Position numbers and translations under genes: made by a program. 64,000 bases of DNA, from assembly GCA_020348985.1 (NCBI GenBank), contig CP070761.1:691526-755525 (forward strand), given 5' to 3'. This document shows positions 9,763 to 19,921 of this stretch, piece after piece. How positions within the stretch are numbered: the stretch's first letter is position 1; each line of letters begins with the position of its first letter. Below the pieces are notes generated by a model, which saw nothing but the letters and a program-made list of their open reading frames with translations, was not told the DNA's origin and searched no databases. This stretch comes from Candidatus Thorarchaeota archaeon (GTDB lineage: Archaea; Asgardarchaeota; Thorarchaeia; Thorarchaeales; Thorarchaeaceae).

Positions 9763-10290
9763 ATGGAGATTAGCAAAGAATTAGTCGAAGCGATGAACGA
9801 CCAGCTAAACTTTGAGCTTTACAGCGCGTTCATCTACCTATCAATGGCCACATACTTTGAGAGCATAAGCCTTGCTGGAATGGCTCATTGGATGGAGGTC
9901 CAATATCAGGAAGAGTTCGCTCATGCAATTAGATTCTACAGACACATTGTTGAGCGTGGTGGTAGGGTGTTGATGGCCCCAATACAGGGACCAAAGACCG
10001 AGTGGTCTTCTCCTCTTGAGGCATGGGAGGACGCTTACAATCACGAACTCATCGTGACAGACAGAATCTACAAGATTGGCGACATGGCAGAAAAGGAGAG
10101 AGACAGAGCTGCAGTCGCATTCTTGAAGTGGTTCTACGATGAGCAGGTAGAAGAAGAGAAACAGACTATGGAGGTCAGAGATCTTCTGAAGCTTATTGGT
10201 GATTCAACAGATGCCCTGTTGAGGCTTGATGATAAGTTAGGCGCAAGACTCCCAGCGGCTCCACCTCCGGCAGAGTCCATTTCGCCGTAA
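9763..10290 (+). CDS. ftn: ferritin (non-heme, Ftn type)
   Basis: MNDQLNFELYSAFIYLSMATYFE…QEEFAHA…: classic ferritin diiron ligand pattern (E..Y, E..H, QEE); 175 aa. Confidence 0.9.
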   Translation: MEISKELVEAMNDQLNFELYSAFIYLSMATYFESISLAGMAHWMEVQYQEEFAHAIRFYRHIVERGGRVLMAPIQGPKTEWSSPLEAWEDAYNHELIVTDRIYKIGDMAEKERDRAAVAFLKWFYDEQVEEEKQTMEVRDLLKLIGDSTDALLRLDDKLGARLPAAPPPAESISP

Positions 10291-10441
10291 TAGGCTGACA
10301 ACACAAGAAGCCCCAAGCCCTAGGCCTTGGGGTAGACCATCTATTTGTCCTGATGTGCAAGGTCAGCTTCTTCTCCGTCTGGCTCGAGCAGCATAGTACT
10401 TATGGAGGTCTTGCACCGATTATCGACGGTGTGAGGCTATT

Positions 10442-12433
10442 TTGCTACCAGAAGACATCATCGACGCCGTCAATGACACAGTATCCGGTGTCCGTGCACA
10501 GGACTTGGTCAACGAGATTTCATTGTTTCACAGGATACAGGCCAGCCCAGGCATTCTAGACGCGATGAAGTATCTCAAGTCAGAGTTGGAAAAAGCATCG
10601 CAAGCTGAGGTCAAGATTCACAAATACAAGGCGGACGGATCTTCGAAGATTGAGACTTGGGAGAATCTCTACGGGTGGGAGGCAAAATCTGCGACACTGG
10701 CACTGATTGAACCCGAAAAGGAGACCTTGGCTGACTTCCAAGCTGAACCGATCTCTCTTGCCGCGCACTCAACTTCATGCGAGCTGGAGGCAGAAGTGGT
10801 CTATGTTGGAGGAGGCCTAGAAGATTCGGACTATGAAGGAAAGGACATTGAAGGCAAGATAGTTCTGACTGAGGGCAGAGCCTCATTGGTACACAGGATT
10901 GCGTGTCTTGAGAGGAACGCTGCTGGAGTCTTGACATTCGTTCCTCCCTCCGGAAACGATGAGTTAGCAAATCTGAGGAGATACGAGGGGCTTTGGCCAA
11001 GGGCAGGGGAGGCAGAGAGAACCAAGTTTGGATTTGCTCTTACACAAGCAGACGGCATCAAGCTCAAGAAGTGGGTTGAAGAAGGAAAAACCATCAAAGC
11101 GAAGGTGAAGGTTCAAGCCAAGCTATCCAACGGGTCAAATCCGGTCATGTCAGCGTTGATTTCTGGGAAAAAGACAGCTCATGAGGTATGGATTGCTGCT
11201 CATATTTGTCATCCTCATCCAGGTGCAAATGACAACGCATCCGGCAGCGCTGCAATAGCGGAGGCGCTCAGAGTCATTTCCCGGCTCATCCAAGACAATA
11301 TGATTGATCAACCTGAGTACTCTATCAGATTCCTGTGGGTTCCAGAGTGGCATGGTACAATCCACTATATACACGAGAACTCTGACGAGCTCTCACGCTG
11401 CAAGTTCATGATAAACGCGGACATGGTCGGAGCGGACCCGTGCAAGTCTGGTTCAACCCTCCATCTATTCCGAACGCCCTACTCGTTGCCAAGTTCTCTG
11501 AATAATGTAGTTAGATTCTGGATAGAAAGCGAAGCCACCAGAAAGAGAGAACGGAAGGATGGCGGCACGTATGCTCCGCTTCCACATGATTACAAGGTAT
11601 ACAGTGCTGGAAGCGATCACTACATGTTGACAGACGGGACTGTAAGAATTCCAGCAGTAATGCTCAATCAGTTTCCTGACAGGTTCTACCACACTTCGAC
11701 AGATACTTCAGATCACATTTGTCCGGCACAGATGGCATTTGTCTGCCGTGCATTGGTATTGTCGATTCTCACTTTGGCAAATCCTCAACGTGTAACAAAG
11801 GAGACCCTTCTGGCGACAATTGGAGAAGAGGCGAGTGAACTCCTCGGACGAGTCTTGAGACAGGGCGTAGACGAATTGGCTCGATGTAGAGACGACCCTG
11901 AAGAACTATATCCAAGACTTCTCAGGCGGCTCACTCTGGCACGCGATGTTAGCTTACAGACACTTGAGAAGGCGAAGACAGAGTGGCCATTAATCGCTGT
12001 ACAAAAGTCGCTTCTGGAATCTGTCATAAGCTCGTTGGAAATGGAGTACACAGCCAAGATGGTTGTTGCTAGGAGAGCCTATGAAGGAGCTTGTGCCGAA
12101 GTAGGTTTGGAAGCCAAAGAAGACCGAATGCCTGAGATCCCAGATAAAGCCCTCAACATTGAGATAAAGAGAATGTTTGAGTACGCTTTGTCGTCGTCAT
12201 TTCTTGTCGACAACACACCCGGCGGCGTGACGAAGTACAAGAAGCTGAGGGACGATATGTCAGATATCTTTGATCGAGTAGATGAAATGCTGAATCTAGC
12301 AGTAGAGTGGAAGAATCTTGGAGAGATCTGGGAATGGATCTGCTTCCAGTTCGGAGACATGGATAGCAAGATACTTGTGGACATTGTGGAAGACCTCAAG
12401 AATGCAGGTCTTCTGGAGTCAAGGAATGTGTAG
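10442..12433 (+). CDS. PA-domain/M28-like metallopeptidase (DUF4910-type aminopeptidase-like protein) with C-terminal helical extension
   Basis: HICHPHPGANDNASGSAAIAE matches the M28 zinc-binding H.D…DN.SG motif. A PA-like insert is upstream (VVYVGGGLEDSDYEGKDIEGKIVL…). The track start is TTG; the true start may be an internal ATG. Confidence 0.75.
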   Translation: MLPEDIIDAVNDTVSGVRAQDLVNEISLFHRIQASPGILDAMKYLKSELEKASQAEVKIHKYKADGSSKIETWENLYGWEAKSATLALIEPEKETLADFQAEPISLAAHSTSCELEAEVVYVGGGLEDSDYEGKDIEGKIVLTEGRASLVHRIACLERNAAGVLTFVPPSGNDELANLRRYEGLWPRAGEAERTKFGFALTQADGIKLKKWVEEGKTIKAKVKVQAKLSNGSNPVMSALISGKKTAHEVWIAAHICHPHPGANDNASGSAAIAEALRVISRLIQDNMIDQPEYSIRFLWVPEWHGTIHYIHENSDELSRCKFMINADMVGADPCKSGSTLHLFRTPYSLPSSLNNVVRFWIESEATRKRERKDGGTYAPLPHDYKVYSAGSDHYMLTDGTVRIPAVMLNQFPDRFYHTSTDTSDHICPAQMAFVCRALVLSILTLANPQRVTKETLLATIGEEASELLGRVLRQGVDELARCRDDPEELYPRLLRRLTLARDVSLQTLEKAKTEWPLIAVQKSLLESVISSLEMEYTAKMVVARRAYEGACAEVGLEAKEDRMPEIPDKALNIEIKRMFEYALSSSFLVDNTPGGVTKYKKLRDDMSDIFDRVDEMLNLAVEWKNLGEIWEWICFQFGDMDSKILVDIVEDLKNAGLLESRNV

Positions 12434-12451
12434 GTTCTGAGCGGTTCCAAA

Positions 12452-12925
12452 ATGCTGTACAAGAAAGTAGTCTTTGCTGGGACATTCGACCGTCTTCATG
12501 AAGGACACAAGTATCTGCTCCGTACAGCATTCGCTCTTGGAGACAAGGTGGGGATAGGTCTCACTGTGGATGAGATGCTGTCAGCAAAGGCTGACAGAGA
12601 GAAGATACTGTCGTATGATGAGAGACGCAGGCAGTTGGAGGAATTCCTAATCGAGTTCGCCGCTCCAGAGAGATTTGATATCTTTCCAATTGATACGAAG
12701 GAAGGCGGAGCAGACAAGATGGAGGATATTGAAGCACTGATCGTGTCCGACGAGTTGAGTGTCGTTGAAACCGCATTCGAAATCAATGCCTTGCGAGCCA
12801 AGAACGGTCTCAAACGATTTCACATCATCGTGATTCCAAGAGTCAGAACGGCAGACTCTCGCCCCCTTTCGTCTTCTAGAATCAGAGAAGGAGATTCCTT
12901 TGAGGACTCAAATCTTGTATATTGA
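12452..12925 (+). CDS. coaD: archaeal-type phosphopantetheine adenylyltransferase (COG1019)
   Basis: KKVVFAGTFDRLHEGHKYLLRTAF…GLTVDEM…SSRIR closely parallels Pyrococcus PPAT (GGTFDRLHLGHKALL…GLTSDEM…SSSLIR). Confidence 0.85.
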   Translation: MLYKKVVFAGTFDRLHEGHKYLLRTAFALGDKVGIGLTVDEMLSAKADREKILSYDERRRQLEEFLIEFAAPERFDIFPIDTKEGGADKMEDIEALIVSDELSVVETAFEINALRAKNGLKRFHIIVIPRVRTADSRPLSSSRIREGDSFEDSNLVY

Positions 12926-12956
12926 TTGGCATCATCTTTGAAGAGAATACAACGGC

Positions 12957-13406
12957 CTAGCGGACAATCATGACTGGGCAGCGAGCATTCTTGGCGACTT
13001 TGTCACTTGTAGACCCTGTGAATAGACGTTTGAAACCGCTGACTCCGAGTGAACCAATGAGAATCAAATCGACACTTCGTTCGTCCGCCATGTCAACGAT
13101 TCTTCTTGCAGGGTCACCGTGATCAATCAGGTCAACCACTGTGCAACCCAATTTGCTGGCCATGTTCTTCGCACGAGCCATGATGTCTTCGCCCACTTTT
13201 TGCAGTGCTAGGAACGGTTGGTCTGATGTCACGTCCCCGTAGGGCGTTGCAGAGACGAGCATTGGAACAACATAAAGGAGAATGACTTCGGCATCCATGG
13301 CTTGTCCTAGGGCACAAGCGTGACGGACAGCCTTGTCGGAGAATTCCGATCCATCAACGGCAACCAGTATTGTTTTGATTTGAACTGGCTCGACATCGAC
13401 GTTCAT
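12957..13406 (-). CDS. uspA: universal stress protein (UspA family)
   Basis: ILVAVDGSEFSDKAV…VDLILIGSLGVSGFKRLFTGSTSDKVAKNARCPVMIVR. The ATG at 13406 is preferred over the track TTG at 13433. Confidence 0.85.
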   Translation of the reverse strand: MNVDVEPVQIKTILVAVDGSEFSDKAVRHACALGQAMDAEVILLYVVPMLVSATPYGDVTSDQPFLALQKVGEDIMARAKNMASKLGCTVVDLIDHGDPARRIVDMADERSVDLILIGSLGVSGFKRLFTGSTSDKVAKNARCPVMIVR

Positions 13407-13511
13407 TGTCACACTCACGAGGAGAGTGCGCAATATGCCTTATCTCTCTTACTCATAATGAAGGCTTACATCAGCTCGAGTGTGTGATTCCGCTGTGAAG
13501 TCAAGAAAGTA

Positions 13512-15023
13512 CTACTTTTCGAGAGACTCGAATCTGGACTTTCCAGAAATCAGGGCCTCCAGAATTCCCGGCAAATCATCCTTGTGCACCCGGGTTTGAA
13601 GCATGGAGTCTCTGTCTCTCAATGTGACACTTCCATCCTCCAATGTTTCGTAGTCAATCGTAACACAATAGGGAGTGCCAACCTCATCTTGACGTCGATA
13701 TCTTCTGCCTATTGATCCTCCTTGATCATATTGAGCAACAAACCCTGCGTTCATTATGCTTTCAAACAGGATCTTCGCTGGGCCAACAAGCTCATCCTTC
13801 CCCATTAGAGGAAAAACAGCGACCTGGATCGGGGCAATCTCAGCAGCGAAACGAAGCCAGACACGTTCTTCATCCTCCACATAGGAATTGTCTATGAGGC
13901 AGAAAAGGGGTCTTTCAACTCCAAATGCAATCTCGAGAACATTCGGTACGACGGGCTTCTTGTCAACTTTGACGGAGAGATTCTCTTTCGAGAACTCCTG
14001 GTGTCTGCTCAAGTCATAGTTGCCTCTATCGTGAATTCCACAACATTCAACCCAGCCAAAGCTCTTGGTGTAGATCTCTACATCCCAAGCATCAGCTGCG
14101 TAATGTGCACGTTCAGTCGGAAGATGCTGTCTTAGTCTCATGACTTCATCAGAAAAGCCCATCTCACGGAATATCTTGTACGCTACGTATACACACCAAG
14201 CATAGGCAGGCTTCTGGAAGAAGCCCTTCTTCAGGGCATCAGACATCTTTGTCAGTGTGACATCAGACTTGTCTGCCTCTTGGGGCTGATATGGTAAGAG
14301 AGGGAGCACTTCCTTCTCTATGTTCTCAAATGACGGCCAATCGATTTCGTCCTGCTCGAGAAGGAATATCTGACCCTCAACTTGAGTGAACTCCCTGAGT
14401 CGTAGCACGCCCTGACGGGGGGATATTTCATTCCTGTATGCCTTACCGATCTGGAAGACTGATGCCGGTAATTTGCCTCTGAAGAAGGTTAGAAATCTTC
14501 TGAAAAGGAGATACGTTGATGTTGCCGTTTCCGGCCGTAGATACGCATCCTGAGCGAGACCAAGCCGAGTCTTCATCATTAGGTTGTAAGGTTCAACAGA
14601 TCCAAGCGGGCTCTTACACGAAGGACACTCAATCCCAAGTTCCTCAATCTTCTCAGTGAGCTCCTTCGGAGAAAGGCCGTCAACCTTCGCTTCCGGAGCC
14701 AGTTCCTTGATGAGATTGTCAGCTCGAAAAACCTGTCCACATTTTGTGCATTGTGTTACTGGGTCAATGAATCCATCTAGGTGACCCGAGGCTTTCCACA
14801 CAATCTCTGGAGATACTGTTGGACACTCAACCTCCCAAAAACCAGCTCTAACAAACTCTGAACGAATCCTTGACTCCAAGCGGTTCTTCAGGAGTTTTCC
14901 CAATGGACCAAGGTCAAAGAACCCAGCACTACCGCCGTAAATTTCCGGAGACGGTCCCCAGAAGAAACCTCTTTTCTTGCTGAGTCCGTAGATGGTATCA
15001 CTGAAGTCCTTTTCAGAGCTCAT
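13512..15023 (-). CDS. glyS: glycyl-tRNA synthetase (archaeal/eukaryotic alpha2 type)
   Basis: GFFWGPSPEIYGG…, RAGFWEVECP, FRADNLIKE, RPETATSTYLLF, FQIGKAYRNEISPRQG, AFGVERP are hallmark archaeal GlyRS motifs. Confidence 0.95.
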   Translation of the reverse strand: MSSEKDFSDTIYGLSKKRGFFWGPSPEIYGGSAGFFDLGPLGKLLKNRLESRIRSEFVRAGFWEVECPTVSPEIVWKASGHLDGFIDPVTQCTKCGQVFRADNLIKELAPEAKVDGLSPKELTEKIEELGIECPSCKSPLGSVEPYNLMMKTRLGLAQDAYLRPETATSTYLLFRRFLTFFRGKLPASVFQIGKAYRNEISPRQGVLRLREFTQVEGQIFLLEQDEIDWPSFENIEKEVLPLLPYQPQEADKSDVTLTKMSDALKKGFFQKPAYAWCVYVAYKIFREMGFSDEVMRLRQHLPTERAHYAADAWDVEIYTKSFGWVECCGIHDRGNYDLSRHQEFSKENLSVKVDKKPVVPNVLEIAFGVERPLFCLIDNSYVEDEERVWLRFAAEIAPIQVAVFPLMGKDELVGPAKILFESIMNAGFVAQYDQGGSIGRRYRRQDEVGTPYCVTIDYETLEDGSVTLRDRDSMLQTRVHKDDLPGILEALISGKSRFESLEK

Positions 15024-15140
15024 CTTTTCAACCTGACAGCACCCTCATTGCGGCCTCGACTTAAACCTATGGTCCTGTCAAACCGGTGGACCGCACGACT
15101 CTTATTTGTGAAGAAATCTTTGATTGAGTGAGGTTCTGTG

Positions 15141-16403
15141 ATGGTAAATGATTCACGCATTTCTGGATTCTACAAGCTCCCAAGAGAAGAGCGAATCAAG
15201 AAGGTTATCGAACTCACGGGAATCGATGAAGAGGAGATCCAGCCGCTTGTTGACCCTGGAGCGGTTGACCTTGAAGTTCTTGACCACATGATTGAGAACG
15301 TTATTGGGTCCATGACCTTGCCGCTAGGAATAGCTACCAATTTCAGGATTAACAAGAAGGACTACCTCATTCCCATGGCAATCGAGGAGCCATCAGTTGT
15401 TGCAGCCGCGAGCAATGCCGCAAGATGGGCAAGGAAATGTGGAGGGTTCACCGCCGAAGATACTGGGCCGATAATGATTGCTCAGATTCAAGCCATCGAG
15501 ATTGCTGAACCTCAGAAAGCGAAGAAAGACATTCTCGGAGAAAAGGAACGCCTGATATCCCTGGCCAATGAGCAGGATCCCATCCTGGTCAGGTTTGGAG
15601 GCGGTGCAAAGGATCTTCGAGTCAGAATCATTGACACGAAGATCGGACAGATGGTAATCACCGAATTGATTGTAGACACAAGAGATGCGATGGGCGCCAA
15701 CGCTGTCAACACAATGGCTGAAGCACTTGCACCTGAAATTGAACTAATCTCAGGCGGCCGAGTGCTTCTTCGAATTCTCTCGAATCTGGCCGACCTACGA
15801 CTGGTAAGGGTCAAAGCCACCTTCGACAAAGAAATGATTGGCGGGAAGGACGCTGTCGATGTTATGATAGCAGCCTGGGCATTTGCCGACGCAGATCCCT
15901 ATAGATGCGCCACTCATAACAAGGGAGTAATGAACGGAATCGATGCAGTTGTTATAGCGACCGGCAACGATTTCCGGGCAGTAGAAGCTGGCGCACATAG
16001 TTATGCATCCGTCGGAGGCTACAGCTCCCTAACGAAGTACGAGAAGGATGATGATGGAAATCTCGTTGGATCAATTGAGATTCCAATGGCTGTTGGTCTT
16101 GTTGGTGGTGCCACGAAAATCCACCCTGTTGCACGTGCATGTGTCAAGATTCTGGGCGTGGAGAGTGGATTAGAGCTCGCCCACGTGATAGCCAGTGTTG
16201 GGCTCGCTCAAAACGCTGCAGCAATGCGTGCATTGGCGGTCGAAGGAATCCAACGTGGTCATATGGCTCTTCACGCGCGAAACGTAGCTGCAACGGCCGG
16301 TGCCAGAGGAGAAATGATTGACAAGGTCGCCACACGCCTAGTTGAAGAGAAGAACATCAAGGTTGAAAGAGCAAAGGAAATCATTGAGGAATTGAGAAGC
16401 TAG
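15141..16403 (+). CDS. hmgA: HMG-CoA reductase, class II (NAD(P)H-dependent, MvaA-like)
   Basis: DAMGANAVNTMAEALAP, IEIPMAVGLVGGATKIHP and the overall layout are typical of class II HMGR. The ATG at 15141 is preceded by GTGAGGT. Confidence 0.9.
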   Translation: MVNDSRISGFYKLPREERIKKVIELTGIDEEEIQPLVDPGAVDLEVLDHMIENVIGSMTLPLGIATNFRINKKDYLIPMAIEEPSVVAAASNAARWARKCGGFTAEDTGPIMIAQIQAIEIAEPQKAKKDILGEKERLISLANEQDPILVRFGGGAKDLRVRIIDTKIGQMVITELIVDTRDAMGANAVNTMAEALAPEIELISGGRVLLRILSNLADLRLVRVKATFDKEMIGGKDAVDVMIAAWAFADADPYRCATHNKGVMNGIDAVVIATGNDFRAVEAGAHSYASVGGYSSLTKYEKDDDGNLVGSIEIPMAVGLVGGATKIHPVARACVKILGVESGLELAHVIASVGLAQNAAAMRALAVEGIQRGHMALHARNVAATAGARGEMIDKVATRLVEEKNIKVERAKEIIEELRS

Positions 16404-16563
16404 ATTTCGCGTGCAAGTCACAGCTAATCGTCAGAACACAAAACCTGCCGATTTCTGCTATTGCCATTTGTCATGGCAACATATTTGTACAACACAAACT
16501 TTTGTACAGACCTAACATTGGCGCAGATGAATCGCTTGATGTTGCGGTGAAGGATGGGTCGAC

Positions 16564-17307
16564 ATGACTATTCAGGATGAGTGCAGTCAGTGGGAAAGGC
16601 TTGCAGGAGAGTTTCAGGAAGCTGAGAGGTTCTTCCAGGCCGGCAACCAATACAAACAAGCTGCAGCATGCTATCTCGAAAGAGTCCTAGAAATGACAAA
16701 GAAAGCAGCTGAGAACTACCACATGTACGCCGAGATTAGCGTTGAAAATGATGATCATAAGGCTGCGACAATGGCCTACTTCGAGGCTGCAACACAGTAT
16801 CGTCAGATAAGTGAACATGCAACTGCCTTGACTCTCTATGAGAATGCTGCAAAGGAAGCACTTCTCGAGAGAATGACAGAAACCGCTGCACAGTCGTATT
16901 TGTGGGCGGCATATTCCTGCCATTTGCTTGGAAATCAGGAGTATTTCCTCACTACTGCCAAGAACATGGCGGATCTCTACAGCAGAGCTGCAGGGAAGGC
17001 ACTCGACGATGGCAAAGCTGAAAGGGCCGTTATCGACCTCTCATTGGCGGCAATCGGATTTGCCACCATCGACAAGACCAAACCTGCTAGGGATTCGATT
17101 GAGAAAGCAAAGCTGATAATTGACAAGACGAACTGGGAATGGTTGAAGACATTGCTTCAATTCAGTGAAGCCCTGACAAACAATAACCTTGATGATGCTG
17201 AAGATCTTCTGCGTGACTTCAATGAAGAAGAGACAATCCAGCAAGTAATGGGTGCCTGTCTTGACATCCGACAGCAGATTGACAGAGCAAGCAGAAAGAA
17301 AAGGTAG
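16564..17307 (+). CDS. hypothetical all-alpha TPR-like protein (247 aa)
   Basis: Helical repeat composition (Y..AA..Y repeats). Shares DDH-containing repeat motifs with the N-terminal half of the convergent neighbour 17318-18568. Confidence 0.7.
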   Translation: MTIQDECSQWERLAGEFQEAERFFQAGNQYKQAAACYLERVLEMTKKAAENYHMYAEISVENDDHKAATMAYFEAATQYRQISEHATALTLYENAAKEALLERMTETAAQSYLWAAYSCHLLGNQEYFLTTAKNMADLYSRAAGKALDDGKAERAVIDLSLAAIGFATIDKTKPARDSIEKAKLIIDKTNWEWLKTLLQFSEALTNNNLDDAEDLLRDFNEEETIQQVMGACLDIRQQIDRASRKKR

Positions 17308-17317
17308 TGTTCTGGTT

Positions 17318-18568
17318 CTAACCCACATCAATTCTGGATGACTTTACGATTTCCTCGCCACCCGTTGAGTCCGTCACACTCAAGGTGATTATTTCCTCGC
17401 CTAGGCTTATACCCCGTACGAAGATCTGAAACATAATCCCGTCTGAACTACCGAGAAATTCAACAATCTTCTCGTTACCGCCCATTGAGAGCTCCAGTCC
17501 CTCGCTCAAAGAAATGAGAATTCGGATATTGTCTGCGGGACCCTCCCCCTGATTCCTTAGTGCAACATCAAGAATTGCCTCCTCTCCGAGATTGCAGGAG
17601 ACTCGAGCTGGAGCAAGATCCAACGTCAATTCGGCAGGTGCCCTCGAAATCCTAAAGTCGACGGTGTTGCTCAGCTTGTGAACTAGCACCTGATCCCCCT
17701 CAAGAGTCACTTTGAACGGGCCAACCGTCCCACCACCGCTAAGAACGGGGTTGAGCTCAAACAGCCAGGACTCTTCTCTTGCTTCGCCTCCAGCAATCTG
17801 TGGCTCTTTGGAAAAGGTGAGACTATTGGAGAGAGCGAAACGGACATCAATAACACGCACCGGTACAGGGCAACTGTAGCGCAGTTCCATCTCAATTGGG
17901 CGCTTCACCTGGACCTCCTCCTGAGTTGGACCTGCCCAATCAATAAGGACTTCTGTTTCTATGGCAAGTCTGACCGAGGCCGCTAGAAACTCAACTAGTG
18001 GTCTCTCACACGCCTTCGGTTTCACTGCGTTAGTAATCTTCTCTAGTTCGGTAACTGTATGTTCTTCTCCTTCGCAAAGCGTACCAACTGAAATCTTTGC
18101 GAGGTCGTACAAAGGAACACGGGGTCCTTTGGAACCTCCGTTACGCTTCTCAGCTTTTCTCATGAGATTAACGGACAGGTCGAAGCTTCTAGCCGCCAGA
18201 TTGCACAGAACCGCCATTCCTATTGCTCTCAATGATTCACGGCTCTTCTTCTCACGAAACAGATGATCTGAAGCTTCAGAGTACAGTCCGCCGGCATCGC
18301 CAAAGTTTCCATCAAAAAGAAGAGCTTCTGCGGCCTCAGTCTTCATTTCTGAGGCACGTATATGATCATCGGCCTCCAACGCTGTGTATGCGGCTTCACG
18401 GAAGTACTTCACGGCGAATTCGACGTGCTCAACCTCTAGAAACAGCTTTGCAGCCTTCTCATATTCAACACTAGCATAGTCAGGATAGTCTTCCTCAATC
18501 TCCCTCAATGCCTTTTCGATGTGTTTCTTGGCCTTTTTGACGGGATCCTTCTTCATGAAGTCGAACAT
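17318..18568 (-). CDS. hypothetical protein: N-terminal TPR-like helical domain plus C-terminal Ig-like/CARDB-like beta domains (416 aa)
   Basis: N-terminal repeats resemble 16564-17307. The C-terminal part (NLGEEAILDVALRNQGEGPADNIRILISLSEG…) has CARDB-like alternating beta-strand character. Confidence 0.75.
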   Translation of the reverse strand: MFDFMKKDPVKKAKKHIEKALREIEEDYPDYASVEYEKAAKLFLEVEHVEFAVKYFREAAYTALEADDHIRASEMKTEAAEALLFDGNFGDAGGLYSEASDHLFREKKSRESLRAIGMAVLCNLAARSFDLSVNLMRKAEKRNGGSKGPRVPLYDLAKISVGTLCEGEEHTVTELEKITNAVKPKACERPLVEFLAASVRLAIETEVLIDWAGPTQEEVQVKRPIEMELRYSCPVPVRVIDVRFALSNSLTFSKEPQIAGGEAREESWLFELNPVLSGGGTVGPFKVTLEGDQVLVHKLSNTVDFRISRAPAELTLDLAPARVSCNLGEEAILDVALRNQGEGPADNIRILISLSEGLELSMGGNEKIVEFLGSSDGIMFQIFVRGISLGEEIITLSVTDSTGGEEIVKSSRIDVG

Positions 18569-18698
18569 TGCTATGTCCTCAGCTCGTCGGCTTTGTTAGC
18601 AGCAAGTGTCAGCTCCTTTATCGGTTTCGGATTTTGCCTATCTACGTGACAAATCCACAGTTTGCTTTATTTGACATTGTCGTCCACTTTATTCGATA

Positions 18699-19919
18699 GT
18701 GATTGACTTGAATGACATTCCCTACTGGACAAGTCCTGAGCAATTCGAATTCGCAGTGACAGTTGTATCGTGCAAGAGGACAGACCAGCACTTCGAAGCA
18801 GTACTTGATGGGAATTACATCAGAGCGGCTGAAGGAGGCCAGGCAGGAGAACGTGGCCTTCTAGTGGACAAGAAGACAGAGGCAAAGATACTAGACACGA
18901 TTGTAAGAGACGGAACACCGACACTCGTTCTGGATAATGAAATAGCGGAGGGATCCAAAGCGACGCTTCATATCGATATGGAATGGCGCCGTTCTCTCAT
19001 GCGCGCGCACACCGCAGAACATGTTCTTGCAGCACATCTTCTGAAGAGTATCGACGGGCTGCAATTGGGCTACATCTGGTTGGAAGATGACCACGGGACA
19101 GTGCGATTCTTGGGCCCAAAGATCTCATTCGACACCATCTTTGAAATAGAAAGAATGGTACAGCAGACAATCAGTGCCAACCTAATAGTCACCTCAGATC
19201 TAGTTCGGCCTGATGACGCACAGACGGACGTTAGATCTAGAGAAGGTGTGACAATGAAGCACGAGACTGTCCGAGTTGTCAAAATTGGTGACTTTGATGC
19301 ATCCGCATGTTCCGGATTACATGTTGAGTATACAGGCTCGATCCTCTTTTTCAAAGTCACCGACATTCGATATACTGAGAATGAAACAACAATAGAGTTT
19401 TCGACGGGTGACAAGGCCTCAGCAGAAGTGAGTTCAGTCTACAATGATGCTCTCGCTAGAAAATCAGAGTATCCCTTTGAGATGGAACAGCTGGGGAGTG
19501 TCTTGGACAAAGGGCGCATGGCGCTCGATAGATACGAGCTTTTGTCAGAATCGCTGCTCACTGTTTTGTCTCAAGAGAGTACCCAGGATAGGATTGGCGA
19601 AATATCGTTTCGAGCGTACTACCTTCCGGGAATGGATGGTGGAGGCATTCGAAATGTAGTAAGACAGCTTAAACACGAAGGACCTGCCGCAAGACTCTAC
19701 TTCGTCCCTGGTCCAAAGTCCAACCTCGTGTTCTGGACGGACAAACTTGGTTCAGATGCCGAGCACTATATAGGTGAGATAGTGACCAAACTCGGAGGTC
19801 GAGGTGGCGGTAGCCGTCAAGTCTTTACCGGAGGATTCAGCGACGTAGAGTCTCCTGAGGAGCTTTATGAGGACTTGGTGGAACATGTCAGACAGACAAT
19901 GTCACGCGAGGAATTGTGA
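18699..19919 (+). CDS. alaX: AlaX-L type alanyl-tRNA editing protein (Ser/Gly-tRNA(Ala) deacylase)
   Basis: HTAEHVL (HxxxH) and CSGLHV (CxxxH) editing-domain zinc motifs, plus a C-terminal Gly-rich KLGGRGGGS DHHA1-like motif. GTG start. Confidence 0.7.
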   Translation: MIDLNDIPYWTSPEQFEFAVTVVSCKRTDQHFEAVLDGNYIRAAEGGQAGERGLLVDKKTEAKILDTIVRDGTPTLVLDNEIAEGSKATLHIDMEWRRSLMRAHTAEHVLAAHLLKSIDGLQLGYIWLEDDHGTVRFLGPKISFDTIFEIERMVQQTISANLIVTSDLVRPDDAQTDVRSREGVTMKHETVRVVKIGDFDASACSGLHVEYTGSILFFKVTDIRYTENETTIEFSTGDKASAEVSSVYNDALARKSEYPFEMEQLGSVLDKGRMALDRYELLSESLLTVLSQESTQDRIGEISFRAYYLPGMDGGGIRNVVRQLKHEGPAARLYFVPGPKSNLVFWTDKLGSDAEHYIGEIVTKLGGRGGGSRQVFTGGFSDVESPEELYEDLVEHVRQTMSREEL

Positions 19920-19921
19920 GA

